Positions 1 through 7,500 of a stretch of 17,013 nucleotides of DNA are shown one piece after another. The translations under genes were made by a program, and so were the position numbers. The stretch lies in the NCBI GenBank assembly GCA_964525635.1, contig CAZGJX010000091.1, positions 1 to 17,013 of the forward strand, in the 5' to 3' direction. Origin of the DNA: an uncultured archaeon (lineage in GTDB: Archaea; Asgardarchaeota; Lokiarchaeia; Sigyniarchaeales; SOKP01). The first letter of the stretch is position 1. Each line of letters begins with the position of its first letter. The notes below the pieces were generated by a model. It had not been told where the DNA came from, searched no databases, and worked only from the letters and a program-made list of their open reading frames with translations.

Positions 1-588
1 TTCTTTTCCTAATGTTCTTATCTCGCTGATTATCTCTTTTCTGCCGAGAGGATCTAAATTGGACGTTGGCTCGTCTAAAATCAGTATTTCTGGCTCTCTA
101 ATCAAGGCAGAAGCTAAACCAATCTTTTGTTTCATTCCTCTTGAATAGGTTCTTATCTTTCTGCCTTTTGCCCCTTCCAGATCATATCTTCTCAATAGTT
201 CTTTTGCCTTTTCTTGAGCTTTTATCCATCCAAAACCGCTTACTCTTCCGAAATATTCCAAATATTCTTTACCCGTCATCTTTCCGTAAAACGCGGGATC
301 TTGTGGTGAGAATCCAATTAACTTTTTTGCTTCCATTGAACCCGCTTTAAGCCCTCTAATTTTAGCTTCTCCTTTGGTAATTGAAATTGCTCCAATTAGC
401 ATATTAATGGTCGAGGTCTTTCCTGCCCCATTTGGACCTAGATATCCATGAACTCCCTTTCTTACAGCTAAATTAATTTCATCGACGGCAGTAATTTTAT
501 TGTCTCTAAGACCATATACTTTGGTTAAGTCTTTACTCCATATTTCAAACTTATGTGGATTCACATGACGGATTTTTGCTTTTATCAT
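1..588 (-). CDS. ABC transporter ATP-binding protein (ABC-2/drug-resistance type), runs off the left edge; missing from the ORF track
   Basis: Manual translation from ATG 588 gives MIKAKIRHVNPHKFEIWSKDLTKVYG... with Walker A GYLGPNGAGKT, Q-loop FSPQ, signature YSRGMKQK and Walker B/D-loop ILILDEPTSNLDP. An in-frame TGA at 598-600 fixes the start. Confidence 0.96.
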   Translation of the reverse strand, partial: MIKAKIRHVNPHKFEIWSKDLTKVYGLRDNKITAVDEINLAVRKGVHGYLGPNGAGKTSTINMLIGAISITKGEAKIRGLKAGSMEAKKLIGFSPQDPAFYGKMTGKEYLEYFGRVSGFGWIKAQEKAKELLRRYDLEGAKGRKIRTYSRGMKQKIGLASALIREPEILILDEPTSNLDPLGRKEIISEIRTLGKE

Positions 589-824
589 TATTTTTGGTCA
601 AGATATTTTTTTTCTTAATAGTTAATTTACACTAATATTTAAATAATAATTATATATAAAGGAAAAAAATAGAGAAATTGGAATTAAATGAATTGAATTT
701 GAGTCTAACTGTGTTAAGTAGCTCCTTTCTATCAAATTTCTATTTATTATTAAATCTTTCAATACTTTACATCTCGTTTTATTATTTTAAATTAATTATT
801 TATTAAATGTAAATAGTACTTAGC

Positions 825-1166
825 TTAGAAAGTTAGACTTAGATTTTTTTCAAAATATTTTTCGGCATTTTTTTCATCATGATTATTAAAGAAACTAGTA
901 CATAATATTTTATAAAAGTCCTCCAAAAATCTTGGATCTCTTGCATATGCTCTTTCAAAGAATCGAATGAAAATCCTAAAATGAGATGGTCTTAATTTTT
1001 TTCTTACATAATCCTTTACAGTAGTTTGTATAATTAGTTCTAAAGAAATATTTTCAATTTCTTGAATGGTATTAAATTCTTGAATCTTCTCTCTTAGATC
1101 CTTTATAGTTTCAATAGGATAATTTTCTCCTGATCTACTTTTCTTTATTATCATATTTCGGAACAT
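825..1166 (-). CDS. Hypothetical helical protein, probably the C-terminal remnant of a 5'-truncated gene (frame stays open to 1226)
   Basis: 113-aa ORF with protein-like composition. The frame continues upstream (FNERFCKDFSRTAPQ-MFRN) into the giant ORF's frame, leaving no room for a promoter. No family recognised. Confidence 0.55.
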   Translation of the reverse strand: MFRNMIIKKSRSGENYPIETIKDLREKIQEFNTIQEIENISLELIIQTTVKDYVRKKLRPSHFRIFIRFFERAYARDPRFLEDFYKILCTSFFNNHDEKNAEKYFEKNLSLTF

Positions 1167-1502
1167 CTGAGGTGCTGTTCTTGAAAAATCTTTGCAAAAT
1201 CTTTCATTAAAAATGATGGAAATGAATTAGTATCTGGCGAGCTTAACAATGGGGAATTCTATATCTCATTTCTCTCAAATAAAGTAGATGAGGAGCTTAT
1301 TAGTTATAAATTTACCTATGATCCAACAGATAATATCGCTGAGACAATTGATTTAACCTATTGGAATATAAAAGGTGTTGATGGAGTTGATGTTTTTCCA
1401 AATCTTGATGCCTATTACTATCTTAATGAGGAAGAATCAACCTTAACTAACGTTGTTTGTCATGCTTCTCAGATTGCCGTATATCTTAATGATGGAAAGG
1501 AG

Positions 1503-4500
1503 TTGGAATTTGATATAGCAGGAGAATTAGGAGAATATGATTCTCAACTGCTTGATAAAATTCACGCAGGTAATTATGCGGCACTCCATATAGATACAAA
1601 TATCAAGAATTTGGAGAGTTTGGAGTATCTAAAGATTGAACTGCACGATGTCTCGGGAAACATGCTCACATATACTCAATATATTTCAAAAGAAGAGCTT
1701 GAAATGTATGACAATACTATAAAAATCAATTTACCTGATGAGATAAATACACTGCAAAAAATAGTGTTTATACCTATTTTTAGAAGTGATCAAGAATATT
1801 CAAATGATAATGATATCGGTATTACAAGAATTCAAACAATTGAGGTTAATGGTGATTTACTTTCATACTCTGGAAACGATATTGAATATATTGATATTGA
1901 GTTAGAGTATGATTTAATTATCAATAATACAAATTCTGGATATGAACTCGCTTATGTTTTCAATGAAAGGTTAGAGCACCTGATATTTCCAGAAAGCACC
2001 CCAATTGTATATGATACTCTTAATGATGATAATGGTGATATTTTATCCTATATATTGAGGATACCAAAGCAATATATAAAATCTATTACAAATGAGACAA
2101 CATCTTTTAAAACTGGTGAAATTTTTGCAATCCGTTATAATTCCCCAGTAAAAAAAGGAATTTCTATGGCAATAGGGAAAATGTATTTTGAGAATAATTA
2201 TCATCCAGATATTAAGAAAGCACAACTTATGTTTATCAATGCTGATACATCCCAATCATATTCACAATTTACAGAAGATTATTATTATAGTGTGCCACTA
2301 CGGCTAACTCCATATGATACTGAGACTTCGGGACGATTTAAAGCAGTTAGGATTGATCTTAATTTCACGTCGCTTTATGAATTAATAGGGGAGGATACTG
2401 TAGATTTCAGCAATCTTGTATTTTCGGTACCTAATCCTTGTTATGAATTAACGATTAACGAGATCGTTATCATTAAAGACGCTTATGAACCTACTCCTGA
2501 GTATGGATCAGATGAAAGTAGAGTATGGCAATATAGCGAAATTGAGATGTTTCAAGCAAGTAATAATCCTACCCAAGATTGTTATCAGCTTTCTTTAGAA
2601 ACTGAACCCTTATTCTATCCCAATACTGAATGGATTGAATATTTGAACATATTTGACGAAGATGGTAATTATTATAGTGCGGGTATTACAGGAGATCAAT
2701 ATCAGCTTCTTTACAACCAAGATAACCAATCATTTACATGGAATCCAGAGTTCAACCAATTTCCATCCTATTTTGGGATGGAATGGGAGGAACCTCTTAT
2801 GATTGCCCCCAATAAATCATTATACTTCCAATATTGTACTCCCAGCTCATGGACAGAGCCTATCCGAATTGATAAGGAAAACATCGATCTTGAGTCAATT
2901 CGAGTTGTATATCAGTATAACAATCTTTTGAGACCTGAGCATTATGACTGGTATCATAATTATTTCAAACCATCCCATTCCTATGAAAATATTGCCTATT
3001 CATTTAGAGATGAGGTTGATTATAGTGTTACCCAATATTATCATGAATCATTTACCGTATATAGAAACGCATCTATATATACTCATACGTTTGATATAGG
3101 AGATCTAAACTTACAAGAGGATTTTATCAATTTAGGATTATATAAAATCGTGGGATTAACTCCTACGTTTGAGACAGAAATTCTAACAAATAATGAAAAT
3201 TATAATATTCATTTTAATAAAAATAATAATTCTTTGACTGTTGAAAATATCGAAAATACTGGTCTAAATAAATTTGATCTTATAACAGTAGTTCTAAATT
3301 ATAGTCATGGTCCAATTTCAAGTTATAGTGAGATAGAACTTAATGGTTATTTCAATGAGACCTATTTACAAGATCCTATGCAAAGTTTCTATGGTCATGT
3401 CGATATTGATTTTAACTATATAAATCCAGCAGGACAGGTTTTATTTGCTGAAAATTCTGATATTATTACAAGTGAAATTACCAGTTTTATTCCAATTTCC
3501 TACTGTCCAAATCCAGATATTAGCAATAATTATGAATTAATGAAATATCAATTGGATATATATGATAAATTTGAACTCTATTTAGATGATAGCTCCGTTA
3601 TTTATGAAGCTGATTTGAATCTTGATGGAGAACCTGAATATAAACACGAAATTGATCTTGATCAAGACTATATTGTGGATGTAATTAAATATGGAATACC
3701 CGATCCTGAGAATGAAGGACAGATAATTTGGCATACCATAATTCAGAAGTCAAAAGGATATGAATCAAAACTTACCAGAGAATCCGAACCAAGAGAGATA
3801 ACAAAATGGTTTGATATTGACGATAGAATATTTGCAACCTATGAGTTTAATTTAGCAAAGCTAATTCCAATGCTTTTACTTCCTACTGCCTTAATTGAGG
3901 GAGTTGCAAAAATGATTCTTCCTGATGTTGATTATTGGGCTCAGAAATCTGAACAGAGAGAGGTTACAAGAGAGGAATTTATACAATATAATTTTTATAG
4001 TATTACAGTTGATAACGATTGTGATGGATATAGTGATCAACAAATGAGCTATGAAAGAAATGATGTTTCAATTGATTATGAAGTTAAGACATTTAAAAAG
4101 ACAATCCTTGCCGCTAAAAATCAAAATCTTTATAATTTCATCACAGCATACATTGAAAGGAGTGTTAAAAGTTTTATAACAGATTCTCGAGAATCACTTG
4201 TCTTTAACGATGGACTTACAGAGGATATTCTTGATTCTGGTGATTTTAGTGAGTGCAATTGGCATGTAAGATATAATGAACAATATCTTGAGGCAACATA
4301 CAGGAAATTTACAGAAAATATTAGTACAATATACACAGAATCATATTCTCAAGAAAAGCTAACAATTACCGATTATAATGAAGAAGAAATTGAAGAACAA
4401 CGTGTTTATATTGATGATTTCAAGAGTAATGAGGTTGATGAACTTGATCAATATTTTAAGATTGCTGTTTTACAACACCAAATTACCAATGTAGATACAG

Positions 4501-7500
4501 GAGAAGCCCTGAATATTGAATTTGATCCAATTCTTCCCTATACAAATCCCTTAAATATTACATGGACAGGAGAGACATGGGGAAGTGATGATGTGCCTAT
4601 AAAATTAGATTCACTTCATGTCTTCAGGTTAAACGGTTCCTATACAACAAATTATTTTGAAAAGCAACTATATATTAGAATTCCCAATCGATATAGCCTC
4701 TATAATGATTACGGTATTCAATCCAGAGATGATACTTATGACAGTGGATATGCTCAATTTCTAACTAAGGGAATATTAATTACACCTCAAGATGGAGAGG
4801 TCTACTATACGGGAGATATAGAAGCGTTTATTGATGGAAGTGCCAAGACAGAAGGGCATTATTTCTTTGTTGATACTAATGAGGATGGATTTTTTGAGTC
4901 TATTTATATACTTAGTGCGCTTAATTCAACAGCAGAGGATGGAACTCCTTGCTATGATGTAATTAGTATTGGTTTTAATTACGATGGAATTCATGATTTT
5001 GTCCCATACGAGAAAATAAAGGAAAACAGCTATTCTCGAACCGATATATATGGTTTAAGTCAGGAAAGGGTAAGTTTTGGCTCAGATTGGCTTTATAACT
5101 TTGGAAAGCTTAAAAATGTAAAATTACTATTTCCAAATAATGATGAGATATGGGAGAATTACAGACCTAAAGATCATATTTTTGAAATCTATAAACTGAT
5201 TGATATTTCAAAAAATCCAAAATTCTCAGCTCTTTTTTACGAAGTTCGACATAAAACATACTCTATGGCTTGGAACAGCTACTTCAACCAATTAGCGAAT
5301 GATATTGCCGAACAAGTATTTACTGTTACTCTTACAGCTACAATATCTGCTTGTGTTGAGTCTGTTATGCTAGTATCTGTAATCTTAGCACCATATGCCC
5401 ACATAACAGCAACAGCGACGTATTTTGCGATTTATACCCTCCTTACCAAATTTTTTATCGATGGGGAGATTCACGAATCTGATTCGCGTACTAGAGCATT
5501 CAAATTCTATCCAGTGGACAGAGAAAGAAAAGGGACAACGTCTCTAAATGAGAGGAGTTATTGGGATCGTATTCTTAAGGATTCAACAATCGCCGCAATG
5601 ATAGGTCATCCTGGAGGATATTATCGAACTGTGAGCGGAGGTCCTCCCGAAGAACGATATACGGCTCAATTACTTGTTTCTCCTGATAATGGAGATCGTA
5701 TAGAGAGATCCCTTGGAGGATTTTTTGAGTTCTTGGCAGAAAATCTATTTAGCATGGGAGAATCTGATCCAGATACCTTTACTGCCCTTGATTTTGATGA
5801 CTTTAATATTGATTATTTCCTGCTTTCAAATGAATTATATGCCTATAATGGAAGATCCCATTATACCTTTAGAATATCTAACTTTACCTGCTCTGATTAC
5901 AATGATTATCGCGAGAATACATTGGGAGCCCTTCAAGATATGGTTAGAACCGCTTCAAATGGAGAATTAAACGCAATACGCCCTACTTGCGTGAATGGAG
6001 TCCCCGAATATGAGTTTATTAATAAAGATTCTCAACAATATCAGGGAATCTTGCCTTTAACATCACTTTATCGACCTATTGTTGTAAGTGAGGAAAGATA
6101 TAGCCAAATTATCGCAAGATCGGGACACCTTACAATAAACGCTCAAGGGATTGATTATAACAATTCATTAGGCATATATGCCTATGATTTAAATTTAATT
6201 GAATCTCAATTCTACAGAGCAAAAATTCCAATTAACGAAAATGGATTTGATTATCCCATTACAAATATCTACATTGATGTTGTTGAAAATTTTGCGGGAT
6301 TTGGAGATTCTTATCTGTGTAGATACCTTATGGTTAATACAAGTTATTTTGTAGTAGATGATGGAAACCTTTATCTTACCAAATCACTTGAAGAAATTGT
6401 CTCTGAGCAATACGGTGAAATTGAGGATCTTACTTCCTCTGAATATTCTCAAATTTACTATAAAATTCATATTATTTTTGATTTAATTGTTGCCGACACC
6501 TCAGAGGAAACTCATCAATTAGCCTTAGCACAGGGAACAACCTATGCAATCATGGATTATTTCAATCAGTATACCTATGCTGAAGTGTCAGCAAATATGA
6601 TTGCTGAAATTGCTTATACTGAGACCTTAACCTTCTGGTCTACATATATAAGCGCTCCTGCGGCATATTTTGCCTCCACAGTAGCTTCAGCAGCAATGTT
6701 ATCTGGACTTGCTTCGGCAGGAAGTATGCTAGCAAAATCTGCATTGGAAGCTTTGGTTATTTCTTTTAAGAGGAATTTGATTAAGACCTTATTTACCATG
6801 TTTGTTGCCGCCCCTATAAAAGAAGTGTTTGAAGAGATTATAAAGGATGGACTTATTGAGACATTAGCAGAAAGTTTTGTTGATTTCATGGGAGGTACAG
6901 AGGATATGGCATATTGGTTATCCTCACTGGGAACTTCATTTAGAGAGGTCAAAGGTCCAATTGGGCAACTGGTTTTAGGAGGTGATACAAATCTCCAGAC
7001 GCAAATTGCACTCGTACAGGCAATAGAACAGGGCGATATTGACACGATCCTTGAAATAGAGGAGAGACTTGAGAAGGAACGTGAAGACCAATTAGCCTTA
7101 GAGTCAGATCAGGAGGAAATGAAATACACTTGGAAGAAAATTCTCAGTTCTAAATTCTTTAAGTGTGCAATTCTTGCCATTCCAACCCTTTTCTACGCTC
7201 CACTTGGATTAGGTACGATAAATAAAATGTTTGATACCATGGGAAAGTGGGTGTCTAAATCCGCTTCAAATATCTATGGAAAAATAGAGTCAAAAATACA
7301 AGCATTTAGGAAAAACCGAATCTCATCTCATAGTTCAATTTCAATCGGACTTGAGCAACAATTATCTGTAGAAAATCTGTTCCTTCGAAATATGGAAGAG
7401 CAGATGAAAAAGCCTTCCGAACTTGATGACGTTCAGCTTAATGCCCTCTTTAGAGGGCAGCAAGAAATCGAGGTTGATAATATGCCAATTTGTATTATAT

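Noticed and set aside
141-350. 69-aa + strand ORF
   Set aside because: Antisense shadow of the clear ABC ATPase gene.
825-1226. Transposase or integrase assignment for the truncated minus-strand ORF
   Set aside because: No DDE or tyrosine-recombinase (R-H-x-x-R-H/W-Y) motif set is visible, and no terminal inverted repeats were found.
1503-1505. TTG 1503 as the native start of the giant protein
   Set aside because: The frame is open and compositionally continuous for 106 codons upstream, and there is no signal peptide after the TTG. It is probably an internal Leu, though a secondary start cannot be excluded.
2043-7045. ORFs 2043-2255(-), 4130-4336(-), 5713-5970(+) and 6614-7045(-)
   Set aside because: All are nested in the giant ORF (antisense or alternate frame) with no recognisable motifs.
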